The position numbers and the translations under genes were made by a program. Positions 1-9,785 of a DNA stretch of 55,596 nt are shown here, piece after piece. The DNA is from Myxococcota bacterium. GTDB taxonomy: Bacteria > Myxococcota > XYA12-FULL-58-9 > JALHOP01. A model generated the notes under the pieces. That model made no database searches. It was not told the DNA's origin and worked only from the letters and a program-made list of their open reading frames with translations. The number at the start of each line of letters is the position of its first letter. The stretch's first letter is position 1. The stretch lies in assembly GCA_041288095.1 (NCBI GenBank), contig JBGGMJ010000053.1, positions 1 to 55,596 on the forward strand. The letters are read 5' to 3'.

Positions 1-620
1 ACTTCGACGCCGCCGTCTCGACGACGCACTTCGACGAGTTCTGGAAGGGCGACGGGCTCGGTACCCAAGACCGCCCGCTCGACGCCTTCGATGCGATCAT
101 CGCGACCGTGTCAGGGGTGAGCGCGGCACCAGCACCGAGCACCGCTCCGCCGGCGAGTGCCCCTCCGGCCACCAGCGGCAAGTCGTGGACGGAGTTCCTG
201 ACCGAAGGCTTCGACCCCGCGAAGAGCATCTGGGGCGCGCTCGGCAAGGACTCCTACTTGTACAACCGCGCCACGGAGACGATGCGCAACTTGTCGCGCG
301 AGCAGGTCAATCAACTGATGGCGAGCTGCAAGAACGAGGCGGAGCTCAACGCTCTCCGCATGACGATGGTCGGCGGCCCGGCGGTGGGCTACGCGCATGA
401 CTGGTTGCTCGCGAACAAGTTCAACGGCGACATGAATCGCTTCAACAACTTCAGCAACTACTGGAACCACATCAACCCCGCGAGCGCGCCCAGGTTCGAT
501 GCGGTCACGGGGCGCTTCAACTACCAGGACTCGCGCTGGGACTTCGACGCCGCCGTCTCGACGACGCACTTCGACGAGTTCTGGAAGGGCGACGGGCTCG
601 GTACGCAAGACCGCCCGCTC
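1..620 (+). repeat. Direct repeat with 540-nt period (1-80 vs 541-620)
   Basis: Positions 1-80 and 541-620 match at 79/80 nt (only gtaccc vs gtacgc differs), and weaker similarity continues for about 25 nt. The first copy probably extends left of the window. Confidence 0.95.
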
Positions 621-659
621 GCGGGTTTTGACGCCATCATCGCGGCCTCCATCTCTTGA
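3..659 (+). CDS. 5'-truncated hypothetical protein with a tandemly duplicated ~180-aa unit and a P/A/S/T linker
   Basis: Frame is open from position 3 (FDAAVSTTHFDEFWKGDGLGTQDRPLDAFDAIIATVSG...) into the 108..659 ORF. The same peptide recurs at the C-terminus (FDAAVSTTHFDEFWKGDGLGTQDRPLAGFDAII). Codon usage is host-like. Confidence 0.75.
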   Translation, partial: FDAAVSTTHFDEFWKGDGLGTQDRPLDAFDAIIATVSGVSAAPAPSTAPPASAPPATSGKSWTEFLTEGFDPAKSIWGALGKDSYLYNRATETMRNLSREQVNQLMASCKNEAELNALRMTMVGGPAVGYAHDWLLANKFNGDMNRFNNFSNYWNHINPASAPRFDAVTGRFNYQDSRWDFDAAVSTTHFDEFWKGDGLGTQDRPLAGFDAIIAASIS

Positions 660-661
660 GG

Positions 662-1966
662 TCAGGGCAGCGGTAGCGGGGTCGTCCCGCGCCAGTTCCA
701 CAGGCGCCGCAAGTAGGGCAAACGCCACACCGCCGGGGGATAGCTGCGTCGGTCCGCTTTAGCAAACAAGCGGACCAGGTCGAAGTAGTTGACCTGGTCT
801 TCGACGACCTCGACGGGGATGGTGTCGTGACCGAGGATGTGTCGGGCCATTGCCTTGGCCAGATGACAATAGAAGAACGGCGCCGAGCCGTTGGTGTCGA
901 GGAGGGCGGGGCCGAAGACGAACAGGTTCGGGTGGTTTCGCGCGAGTGAGAAGCCCCGGAGCCGGCGCGCGACCTCGCGCGGGGTCTTGGCCGCCGTCAG
1001 ATCCGCGAGGCCCAACCAGCCGAGGTCGACGTCGAAGCCGGTACCCCACACGATCGCGTCGCAGCCGAAGCGCTCTCCTGCCTTGGTGACCACGGTGTCG
1101 CCAACGAGCTCGGCGACTTCCCCGGTATGGCGCGCCACGGTCGACAGCTCGGCGAGCAGACGTGCGCGGCCGGGGATCAAATGATGGCGCCGGAGGTCGA
1201 AGGCGTACGTCGGGCGAAGACTGGTGATGTCGTAGTGTTTGAAGCGCGCGCCGATGACCTCGTTGATGTGCTTGCTGATCTTCGTCGCCGAAACGCCCAG
1301 GAGCTGCTGCTTGCCCAGAAAGCGCAGCGCGACGACATCTTGCTTGCGACGACTCGTCGGCGTGAACCAGTTGAGCGAGCGGTAGACCCAGTGAAGCTCC
1401 GCGGCGCCGTGCTCGAGCGCTTGCACCAACACGTCCTGAGCCGAAGCACCGCCGCCGACCACCGTTACGCGCTTGCCGGCGAGGACGGACGCATCGTGCA
1501 GCGTCGAGCTGTGGTACTCCGCCATCGTGGATGAACGACGCGTGACCTCGGGGATACGCGGCCGGTTGTGAGCCCCGGTCGCGGCCACGAGGAAGCGGCC
1601 GCGAAACGGTCCTTGGGTCGACTGCACCTCCCAGTGCTCGCCTCGCCACTCGGCGCCGGTGACGCGGCAACCGGTGACGATGGCGTCCGCCAACGCGAAC
1701 CGTTCGACCCAGGCCTGGATGTTGGCGCGGACACTCGCGGCGTCTTCGCCGGCGATCGGAACGTCCCCGAGGGTCCAGTCTTCCTTGAGGATTTGCAGAT
1801 CTTGCCAAGCCGGGAGCGTGCGCCACAAGCCACCGACTCCGCCTTGCTGTTCGAGGACGACCGCCGATAGCCCGTGAGCGCGCGCGTAGCGCAGGGCGAT
1901 GACCCCGCCGATGCCGCCGCCGACGATCACCAGGTCGTGGGTGGATGTGGTCACGGCAGGAGGCAT
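662..1966 (-). CDS. Class B flavoprotein monooxygenase (FMO/BVMO-like NAD(P)/FAD-dependent oxidoreductase)
   Basis: Two Rossmann motifs (IVGGGIGG; VVGGGASA), GGLW, ATG, an H-S-S fingerprint-like segment (MAEYHSS) and WGTGF. Confidence 0.85.
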   Translation of the reverse strand: MPPAVTTSTHDLVIVGGGIGGVIALRYARAHGLSAVVLEQQGGVGGLWRTLPAWQDLQILKEDWTLGDVPIAGEDAASVRANIQAWVERFALADAIVTGCRVTGAEWRGEHWEVQSTQGPFRGRFLVAATGAHNRPRIPEVTRRSSTMAEYHSSTLHDASVLAGKRVTVVGGGASAQDVLVQALEHGAAELHWVYRSLNWFTPTSRRKQDVVALRFLGKQQLLGVSATKISKHINEVIGARFKHYDITSLRPTYAFDLRRHHLIPGRARLLAELSTVARHTGEVAELVGDTVVTKAGERFGCDAIVWGTGFDVDLGWLGLADLTAAKTPREVARRLRGFSLARNHPNLFVFGPALLDTNGSAPFFYCHLAKAMARHILGHDTIPVEVVEDQVNYFDLVRLFAKADRRSYPPAVWRLPYLRRLWNWRGTTPLPLP

Positions 1967-2004
1967 AGCAGCGATTCGCTCGCATCGCTCCGATTTGTCG
2001 CTAA

Positions 2005-2109
2005 AATCCGTGGTACCCGAACAAGCTCGCTCTTACAGTCGGCGCTTCGACTGTAAGGGGGATCGCCGTTTGTCCCCGCGGATTGCATGTCCTTTGATGC
2101 GGACGTGCA
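2005..2109 (+). other. Cluster of stem-loops in the FMO/gltD divergent intergenic region (putative structured gltD leader)
   Basis: Perfect 10-bp IR CTTACAGTCG(2032-2041)/CGACTGTAAG(2048-2057); GGGGA(2058-2062)/TCCCC(2073-2077); TGCATGTCC(2084-2092)/GGACGTGCA(2101-2109, one G-U); AATCCGTGG(2005-2013)/CCGCGGATT(2076-2084). Confidence 0.5.
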
Positions 2110-2156
2110 CCTGGTGATATCGACGACGGGTTTCGGAACCTTTTGGGAGTGAGTCG

Positions 2157-5100
2157 GTGACACAATCACACGCAAGAGCTCGCTGGGCCGCTGTTGGCCT
2201 GCTCGCCGCCTTCTCGGCCGGCGCCGTCGTCGTCATCGAGACGTCCGCTATCTCGGCCGCCCACGCGCAGTCGAAGAGTAAGGCGAAGGGCAAAGCCAAG
2301 AGCAAGAAGCCGCTCCAGAAGCGCGACGACATCAAGCGCGAGGACAAGCTCGAGACCAAGAAGGACTACGCCTTCGACGACAAGGCCTCGAAGACCGAGG
2401 CGGCGAAGATCAACCTCGATGACTCCAAGGGGCCGGTGCTGTCGGCCAAGGAGCTCCAAGGCGTCGGTATGCAGGCGCTCGCCGACGAAAAGCTCGACGA
2501 AGAGATCCAGCTCGCCAAGCAACTCCTGCAGTTCGAGACCAAGTGCGACGAGACCGCGCCGGTCCGCTTCCGCGTTGCCGACCTCAACTGGGAAAAATCG
2601 AAGCGCGCCTTCTACAAATCGCAGGACTTCAACACACCCGAGAAGGATCGCGGCCGCTTCGCAGCCATGGAAAAGGCGCTGCAGAACGAGACGGTCAGCA
2701 ACTACCGGTGGATCGTCGACGAGTGCCAAGGTTACACCGACTACTCGAAGACGCTGTTCTACCTCGGCCGCGCCCTCATGGAGATGGAGCGCAGCGAAGA
2801 CGGCGCGCCGTACCTCACGCGCATCATCAAGGACTTCCCCGAGTCGCAGTGGGTGCCCAACGCCTGGCTGATGATCGGCGAGTACTACTTCGACACCAAG
2901 AAGGACGTGCAGAAGGCGCTGCGCGCCTACAAGAAGGCCGCCGAGTTCACCACCAGTCCGGTCTACGGTTACGCAGTGTACTGGCAAGGCTGGTGCTACG
3001 TGAACACGGCGGACTGGGACCTTGCCCTCGAGCGCTTCCGTGAGGTCATCACCATCTCCGAGGACCCGAGCGCCACGCTCGACACCAAGGGCAAGATCGC
3101 CCTGCGTAAGGAAGGCATCAAGGACTACGTCCGCGCCTACGCCAACATTGGCGACCCGAAGAATGCCTACGGGACCTTCCTGAAGATCGGCGGCAAGGGC
3201 GCGGTGCAGGACATGATGGAGCGCCTGGGCAACTGGTACATCAGCCAGGGCGCCCACCGTAACGTCATCCTGGTCTACCGCGACCTCATCAAGAACTATC
3301 CGCGCTCGACCCGCATCCCGATCTTCCAGGGCCGCATCGTCGACTCCTCGTCACGCTTGGGTGACCCCAAGGCGACGGTCGTGCAGGTGAAGCTGCTCAC
3401 CGAGTACTTCCATCAGGTCCGTGATCGCAAAGAGAAGGGCGACCTCTCCGACGACGAGAAGAAGACGATCGACAAGGACCTCCGCGAGGCCGAAGAGATC
3501 GCCGAGAATACTCTTCGTCGCTTGGCGATGGAGTACCACGCCGACGCCAAGAAGCTCCGTGGCGTAGCGCAAGAGCGCAACTACCAGCTCGCGCACGATC
3601 TCTACTCGCACTACCTCGACGTGTTCCCGAAGCCGACGCCCGGCGCCGACGTGAACTACGTCTTCTTCATGCGCTTCTACTACGCGGAAGTGCTCTACAA
3701 GCTCGAGAAGTTCCACGACGCGGCCAAGAACTACGACATGGTCGTGCTCATGAACCCGACGCCGACCGACGAGCGTGAGAAGAAGATCGTCCTCGCGGCG
3801 GCCGAAGAGTCGGTCCGCTCTTACGATCAGCTCGTGCAGGATCTCGATCGCACCAACCCGCCCGAGATCAGCGGCACCGAGCCGAAGGAAATTCCCCAGA
3901 TCAAGCAAGACCTCATCGCGGCTTGCCAGCGCTACATCCAGTACGTCGGTAAGGAAGGCGATGAAATCGTCGCCATCCGCTACAAGATGGCGCGCATCTA
4001 CTACACCTACAATCACTTCGACGACGCGGCGCCGGCGTTCCACGACATCGTGACCAACCATCCGGAGAACGAGGTCGCCTGTTACGCCGCGAACCTCGCG
4101 CTCGACATCTACAACGGTCAGAAAAACTTCCGCGCCCTGAAGGCGGCCGCTCAAGCGTACCGCGAATCGCCGAAGCTAGCGTGCGGCGACGCCGAGAAGG
4201 CGAAGTTCGCGCGCATCGAGGAGCAGTCGACCTTCTCGCTCATCAAGAGCGAATACGAAGAGAAGAAGAACTACGTGACCGCCGCCAAAGCGTACATGCA
4301 GTTCTACGAGAAGTTCCCGACGTCGGAGTTCGCCGACGACGCGGTCTACAACGCGTCGATCAACTACGACCTCGCGAACCGCGCCGACCAGGCGAACCAG
4401 GTGCGTCGCTTCCTCGTCGAAAAGCTCCCGGACTCACCACTCGTGCCCGAGACCCTCTACAACATCGCGCAATCCTACGAGCGCATCGTCGACTTCGACA
4501 ACGCCGCGCAGTACCTCGAGCTCTTCGCGCAGCGTTATCCGACCGACAAGCGCAGCAAGGACGCGCTCTACAACGCCGGTATCTACCGCGCGACCCTGGG
4601 TGACATCGCCGGCTCGAAGAAGGACCGCGACGCCTTCATCAAGGCCTATCCGAGCGACGACGAGGTCGCGAATATCGCCTTCTCGCAATGCGAAGCCTAC
4701 GAGAATCAGGCGCGCACCATCGAGGCGAAGAACCACGGCAAGCGCTCGCAAGCCGCCGACAAGCAGTGGATCGAAGCGCACGATTGCTACTTCGCGTACA
4801 TCCGCAACCAGAGCTATGCGCGCAAGAGCGTCGACCACCTCTGCGTCGCTCAGTTCCGCCGCGGCGAGGTGATGCGCAAGGTGAACAACAAGTCAGGTGC
4901 CGAAGAGACCGACACCTTCGTGCTGCGCAATTGGCCCGGCTGGCAGCGCCAGGTCGACAAGAAGGAGCTCGCGGGCTGCGCCGAAGGTGTGGCGAAGCTG
5001 AAGTTCCAGGCCCTCGACGAGGACGTGAAGGCCTACAAGGCGATGAAGATCGCCCTGATGAATCCGACCAACGACGCGGCCATCAAGAAGTTCCAGGACA

Positions 5101-5750
5101 GCATCGCCGAGAAGGTGCGCGCCCGCGACAAGCTGGTGAAGCAGTACACCGACATCGTCACCATCGGTACGGCCGAGTGGGGCTTGGCGTCGCTCTTCCA
5201 GATCGGCGAGCTCTACAAGGACTCGGTCGACAAGCTGGTGAACGCGCCGATCCCGAACATGATCTCGGGTCAACCACTTACCGACGAGCAGAAGGGCATG
5301 TTGCGCGGCGAGCTCAAGTCGAAGGCGGCACCAACCGAAGAGCAAGCGGTCGAGGCCTATCGCGTGTGCGTGCAGAAGGCGAACGACCTCGGCGTCTACA
5401 ACAAGTGGTCGGTGAAGGCGTTCGACCAGCTGCAGAAGCTGCGGCCGCTCGAGTACCAGCCGGTCACCGAGCGTTTCGCCAAGCTCGACTTGTCGGACAA
5501 GCTCGAGGTGGTGCGCAGCGGCGTCATCGTGCCCGACGGCGAGAGCTACAAGAACGTCAACATCGCGTTGCAAGGCGGAGCCGTGCCCGAAGGCGAGCAG
5601 ACCAAGGCGGCCTCGGGTGGCAACACCGCGACGGCCAAGGCCGAGAAGGGCGAAGGCGGTGAGTCCGCTACGGCGGACGCCGGCGAAAACGCGCCCAAGC
5701 CGCAAAAGGCAACGCCCAAAAAAGGTAAGCGCAAGGGAGGTGGCCGATGA
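2157..5750 (+). CDS. gltD: Gliding motility TPR protein GltD/AgmU-like (1197 aa, exported)
   Basis: N-terminal signal-like segment and many TPR/YfiO-like repeats (e.g. IIKDFPESQWVPNAWLMIGEYYF). First gene of a gltD-E-F-G-H ordered operon. Confidence 0.8.
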   Translation: MTQSHARARWAAVGLLAAFSAGAVVVIETSAISAAHAQSKSKAKGKAKSKKPLQKRDDIKREDKLETKKDYAFDDKASKTEAAKINLDDSKGPVLSAKELQGVGMQALADEKLDEEIQLAKQLLQFETKCDETAPVRFRVADLNWEKSKRAFYKSQDFNTPEKDRGRFAAMEKALQNETVSNYRWIVDECQGYTDYSKTLFYLGRALMEMERSEDGAPYLTRIIKDFPESQWVPNAWLMIGEYYFDTKKDVQKALRAYKKAAEFTTSPVYGYAVYWQGWCYVNTADWDLALERFREVITISEDPSATLDTKGKIALRKEGIKDYVRAYANIGDPKNAYGTFLKIGGKGAVQDMMERLGNWYISQGAHRNVILVYRDLIKNYPRSTRIPIFQGRIVDSSSRLGDPKATVVQVKLLTEYFHQVRDRKEKGDLSDDEKKTIDKDLREAEEIAENTLRRLAMEYHADAKKLRGVAQERNYQLAHDLYSHYLDVFPKPTPGADVNYVFFMRFYYAEVLYKLEKFHDAAKNYDMVVLMNPTPTDEREKKIVLAAAEESVRSYDQLVQDLDRTNPPEISGTEPKEIPQIKQDLIAACQRYIQYVGKEGDEIVAIRYKMARIYYTYNHFDDAAPAFHDIVTNHPENEVACYAANLALDIYNGQKNFRALKAAAQAYRESPKLACGDAEKAKFARIEEQSTFSLIKSEYEEKKNYVTAAKAYMQFYEKFPTSEFADDAVYNASINYDLANRADQANQVRRFLVEKLPDSPLVPETLYNIAQSYERIVDFDNAAQYLELFAQRYPTDKRSKDALYNAGIYRATLGDIAGSKKDRDAFIKAYPSDDEVANIAFSQCEAYENQARTIEAKNHGKRSQAADKQWIEAHDCYFAYIRNQSYARKSVDHLCVAQFRRGEVMRKVNNKSGAEETDTFVLRNWPGWQRQVDKKELAGCAEGVAKLKFQALDEDVKAYKAMKIALMNPTNDAAIKKFQDSIAEKVRARDKLVKQYTDIVTIGTAEWGLASLFQIGELYKDSVDKLVNAPIPNMISGQPLTDEQKGMLRGELKSKAAPTEEQAVEAYRVCVQKANDLGVYNKWSVKAFDQLQKLRPLEYQPVTERFAKLDLSDKLEVVRSGVIVPDGESYKNVNIALQGGAVPEGEQTKAASGGNTATAKAEKGEGGESATADAGENAPKPQKATPKKGKRKGGGR

Positions 5751-7351
5751 AAACGCTGAAGACTTTGGTGGTCACGGCGTCTTTCGTGCTCGGCGCGGCG
5801 AGCTGCGGCGGCGGCGGTAGCGAGACCAAAGAGGTCAAGGCCGGTGAGTCCGCCCCAGTGGGCGAGAAGGCCCCCGCGGGTCCGTCGAATGTCGAGCAGG
5901 CGCAGACCAAGCTCGCGGCGCTCTCCGAAAACATCGATCGCCTCGGCGAAGGCAAGTCGGTCGACGCGGCTTGGCTCGAGACGCAGCTCAACGAAGTGAT
6001 TGCCCTCGATCCGAAGAATAGAGCGGCGCGCTTCAATCTCGCGGCCTTGAAGGAAGCGAAGGGCGATCAAGCGGGGGCGCGCGAGATCTATCAGAAGCTC
6101 TACAAGGAGTCGCCGGAGTTCGCGCCAGCGGCGGTCAACGTCGCTGCTGATCTCGTGAATCAGGGTGAGACCCAGAAGGCCGTCCAGATCTACCAGGCCG
6201 TGGCGCAGAAGGATTCGAAGGACACGACGTCGCGCTTGGCTTTGGGCCGCATCGCGGTGCGCGAGAAGCGCTACGACGAAGCTATCGAGCTCTGCCGCCA
6301 GGTCTTGAAGCGCGACGGTGGCGCGCTCGAGGCCTTCCGCATCCTCGCCGAGAGCTACAAGGCACAGGGCAACTTGCCCATGGCCGAGCTCATCGTGGCG
6401 CGCGGCCTCAAGGTGCACAAGGACGACGCGCAGCTGCACACGACGCTCGCACAGATCATGCTCGAGAAGAACGATCTCGCCGGCGGCGTGAATCAGCTCA
6501 AGCTCGCCGTAGCGGACGATCCGAAGTCGGTGAAGGTGCGCGGCCAGCTCGCCGACATCGCACTGCAGTACCGTGACTTCGGCAACGCGAGCCAAAACTT
6601 CGAGGCGATCGTCAAAGAGCAGCCCAGCAACAAGGGCGCGAAGATCGGGCTCGCGGTCTCGTACAAGGGTCTCGGCCGCTACGACCAGGCGGAGACGCTC
6701 TACAAAGAAGTGCTGCAGCAGAGCCCCGACGACGTCGACGCCACCTGGAACCTCGCGGTCCTCTATCACCGACACTTGAACAAGTACGACGAGGCGGTCT
6801 CGCTCTACCGTAAAGCGCACAAGGCCGCGGGCCCCGGCGACGCCGGCATGCAAGACGTCGACAGTCTCATCGCGGACGCCGAGCGTCAGAAGAACGATCA
6901 AGTGGCGATGCGCGCCCGCGAAGAAGCCGAGCGCAAGCGCAAGGAAGCGGTCGACGCGGTATGCGGCGCCGTCGCCAACAAGAAGAAGCCGGACTTCGAA
7001 GCCATCGGCGACGAGACCGATCGTGTCGGCGCGGCTTGGGCGCTCATGGTCGACGCCCAGGGCCTCGTGCAGCAGGCCGCCAACGACGGCGACATGAGCA
7101 AGATGGCGCCGGCCGAGGCCAATGTGGCGTGCGCCTTCGCGATGGTGCCGGAGACCCCGAAGTCGAATACCGAGGCCTGCGCTCCCATGCACATCATGTG
7201 GACCCAGATCCTGTACCAGCTGGGCCGCGCCGAAGACGCGATGAAGACCATCAAAGAGGCGCGCAAGTGCGACGCCGAGAATCCCGACGCGAAGCTCATC
7301 GAGCAACAGCTCGAAGAGATCGTGAAGGGTGGTGGGGCCCCGGGTAGGTAA
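5747..7351 (+). CDS. gltE: Gliding motility TPR lipoprotein GltE/AglT-like
   Basis: Lipobox FVLGAASC, tandem TPRs, ATGA overlap with gltD and synteny. Confidence 0.78.
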   Translation: MKTLKTLVVTASFVLGAASCGGGGSETKEVKAGESAPVGEKAPAGPSNVEQAQTKLAALSENIDRLGEGKSVDAAWLETQLNEVIALDPKNRAARFNLAALKEAKGDQAGAREIYQKLYKESPEFAPAAVNVAADLVNQGETQKAVQIYQAVAQKDSKDTTSRLALGRIAVREKRYDEAIELCRQVLKRDGGALEAFRILAESYKAQGNLPMAELIVARGLKVHKDDAQLHTTLAQIMLEKNDLAGGVNQLKLAVADDPKSVKVRGQLADIALQYRDFGNASQNFEAIVKEQPSNKGAKIGLAVSYKGLGRYDQAETLYKEVLQQSPDDVDATWNLAVLYHRHLNKYDEAVSLYRKAHKAAGPGDAGMQDVDSLIADAERQKNDQVAMRAREEAERKRKEAVDAVCGAVANKKKPDFEAIGDETDRVGAAWALMVDAQGLVQQAANDGDMSKMAPAEANVACAFAMVPETPKSNTEACAPMHIMWTQILYQLGRAEDAMKTIKEARKCDAENPDAKLIEQQLEEIVKGGGAPGR

Positions 7352-7423
7352 ACGGGTGCGATTCTTCGCAATTCCGAGGCTTTTCGGCTACAACCTGGGT
7401 AGCGTCAGTAGAAGGAGTCCCCC

Positions 7424-7678
7424 GTGCGCAAAATACTAAGCGTTATCGCGGCCTTGGCAGTGATGTCGATTGCCGGTTCAGCCTTTGCGCAAGAGGGCGG
7501 CGACGTCGTTTATCGCAAGCATACGGTCGTGGATTTCGGTGACGACACCATCGAAGGTGACCTCTCGAAGCCCGACGGCGCGTACCTCGAGTCGCAGAAG
7601 CGCTTGCGCCACCAGCGGTTGATCAAGGTGCGCGAGAACTTCCGGCCCGAGATTTTGCAGTCGGTAACCACCTTGTAG
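7424..7678 (+). CDS. gltF: Small exported gliding protein GltF/CglF-like (84 aa)
   Basis: Signal peptide followed by YRKHTVVDFGDDTIEGDLSKPDG...LIKVRENFRPEILQSV, which I recognise as the CglF/GltF pattern. SD AAGGAG upstream. Confidence 0.88.
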   Translation: MRKILSVIAALAVMSIAGSAFAQEGGDVVYRKHTVVDFGDDTIEGDLSKPDGAYLESQKRLRHQRLIKVRENFRPEILQSVTTL

Positions 7679-7748
7679 CTCTGTTTTTTGTGCTGGCGGC
7701 GGAAGCTGGTAGCGTGGGCTTACGACAGAGTTCGTTTGCGAGGAGACG

Positions 7749-9785
7749 ATGGGAGTTTCGCTGAACGTGCAGGTGTTCCGCGGCGGCCAGCCGCTGGGCG
7801 CGCATCAATTCGATAGCGACACCAATCGCACGATCAAAATCGGCCGGCTGCCCTCGGCTCAGCTAAAGCTCGAGGACCCCAAGGTCTCGCGCATCCACGC
7901 GGTCATCGAGTTCTCCGGTCAGGACGTTTCGCTGACCGACATGGGCTCGGGACAAGGCACCGCCGTCAACGGCGCCAAGGTGCACCGCGTGAAGCTGTCG
8001 CACGGTGACCAGGTGCTCATCGGCGATACCCAGCTCGTCATCGGCTTCGGCGGAGCCGCGAATTACGCGCCCCCTGCCAACGCGGTCGGTGGAGCAGCCA
8101 CCGTCAACATGACCGTGCCGGCGCAGCAGCCGGCGCCGCGCAACGGCATGCCCGCGAGCGCGCCGCCTCAAGCTTGGTCGCAGCCCTCGGGTCCCAGTCC
8201 GCAATCGCGTCCACAAGGAGCTCCGGCTCCCCAGGCGATGGCGTCCGCTTTCGGCCCCACCGGCGGTGGCGAAGCCATGCGCTTCGATCCAGGGTCCTCG
8301 GCCGTGCGTCCGATCCAGCGGATCACCCAGGAGCGCCTGCGCTCCGCGGCCATCGAATCGAAGCCTCACCCGGCCTTGCCGCCCGAGGAAGGTATGTCGG
8401 CGGAGAACCGCGTCCTCGAGATGCGCGTTTACTGGGGCACCATCCTCCTCGACATCGACCACCGCCGTAAGCCGAAGGCGATCACCATCGGCGAGACCAA
8501 GAACACCGACGTGTTCATCTCGTCCGAAGGTCTGCCCAAGGAAGAGTTCCCGCTCATCCGCACCATCGACGACGAGTACGTTTTAACGTTCACGAACTCG
8601 ATGGACGGCGAGGTCGAGATCGCCGGTCAGACGCAGCCGCTGTCGGCCGTCCGTGGCACGTCGCTCGCGCAAAAAGACGGCGACTTCGAGAGCTCGTATC
8701 AGGTGCGGCTCCCGGCCGACGCGCGCGCCATCGTGCACTGGGGCGGCATCACCTTCGCCTTCCGCTTCGTACCGCCGGCGCAGGCGCTGCCCAATCCGTT
8801 CTGGAAGGACCTCGATCTCCAGTACGTCAACCTCCTGTTGATGTCGATCTTCTTCCACTTGGCTCTCATCGTGACCTTCATGGTCTACCCGCACGACACC
8901 GAGTCGCTGCGTGAAGATATCTTCGACAGGCCGGGCGTCATCGCCTTGCTCCTCGAACCGCCGAAGATGGACGAGAGCACCAAGAACAAGCTCGAGGAGA
9001 TGAAGAAGAAGCAGGAGAAGGACAAAGAGAAGATCATCGAGAAGGAAAAGAAGAAGCAGCCGGAGAAAGAAAAGATCACCGAGCGTACGCCGAAGAAGAT
9101 CCAAGACGTTCAGGTGAAGAACGTGCCGCGCGAGAAGTCGCAGGCCGACAAGCAGAAGGAAGTCTCCGAGAAGTTCAGCAAGCTCTTCACCGGTGGCGCG
9201 TCGGGCGCCGCGGGTAGCATTCTCGGTGGTGGTGGCGGCGGTACGCTCTCCGGCACGCTTTCGAACGTCATCGGCACCACGGGTGCCGGCACGGCGGGTG
9301 GTCTCGCGGGTCTCGGTATCCGCGGCGGCGCCATGACCGGTGGTGGTATCGGTACGAGCCGCGGTATTGCCGGCATCGGTACGGCTGGTCGCTTGGGTGG
9401 CGGTGGTTCCGCCTACGGTTCCAACGTCGGCAAAGGCCTCGGCGGTCCCAAGGATCGCGGCATGGTGTCGCTGTCGACCCCGGTGGTCATGGGCGCCTTG
9501 CCCCGCGAGGTCATCCAGAAGGTCATCAACGACAACAAGGCGCAGATTCGTTACTGCTACGAGATCGAGCTCCAGCGCGATCAGACCCTCGAGGGTAAGG
9601 TCGCGGTGAAGTGGATCATCGCGGCGACCGGCGCGGTCGAGAAGGTCGTGGTCACCGAGACGACGATCAAAAGCGCGCGTGTTGGTCAGTGCCTCGCTGA
9701 AAAAATCAAAGGGTGGCGGTTCCCACAGCCTGCGGGTGGCGGTATCGTCGAGGTCAACTATCCCTTCGTCTTCAAGTCGAGCTGA
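7749..9785 (+). CDS. gltG: GltG/PglI: FHA domain + TM + Gly-rich linker + TonB-C-like (AgmX/PglI C-terminal) domain
   Basis: FHA motifs IKIGR...VSRIHA...DMGSGQGTAVNG; TM LLLMSIFFHLALIV; C-terminal IRYCYE...CL...WRFPQPAGGGIVEVNYPFVF. Confidence 0.88.
   Translation: MGVSLNVQVFRGGQPLGAHQFDSDTNRTIKIGRLPSAQLKLEDPKVSRIHAVIEFSGQDVSLTDMGSGQGTAVNGAKVHRVKLSHGDQVLIGDTQLVIGFGGAANYAPPANAVGGAATVNMTVPAQQPAPRNGMPASAPPQAWSQPSGPSPQSRPQGAPAPQAMASAFGPTGGGEAMRFDPGSSAVRPIQRITQERLRSAAIESKPHPALPPEEGMSAENRVLEMRVYWGTILLDIDHRRKPKAITIGETKNTDVFISSEGLPKEEFPLIRTIDDEYVLTFTNSMDGEVEIAGQTQPLSAVRGTSLAQKDGDFESSYQVRLPADARAIVHWGGITFAFRFVPPAQALPNPFWKDLDLQYVNLLLMSIFFHLALIVTFMVYPHDTESLREDIFDRPGVIALLLEPPKMDESTKNKLEEMKKKQEKDKEKIIEKEKKKQPEKEKITERTPKKIQDVQVKNVPREKSQADKQKEVSEKFSKLFTGGASGAAGSILGGGGGGTLSGTLSNVIGTTGAGTAGGLAGLGIRGGAMTGGGIGTSRGIAGIGTAGRLGGGGSAYGSNVGKGLGGPKDRGMVSLSTPVVMGALPREVIQKVINDNKAQIRYCYEIELQRDQTLEGKVAVKWIIAATGAVEKVVVTETTIKSARVGQCLAEKIKGWRFPQPAGGGIVEVNYPFVFKSS

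Noticed and set aside
9180-9460. Gly-rich GGT/GGC low-complexity tract in gltG and Gln/Pro tracts in gltJ
   Set aside because: Ordinary flexible periplasmic linkers of TonB/TolA-like proteins, not independent repeat elements.
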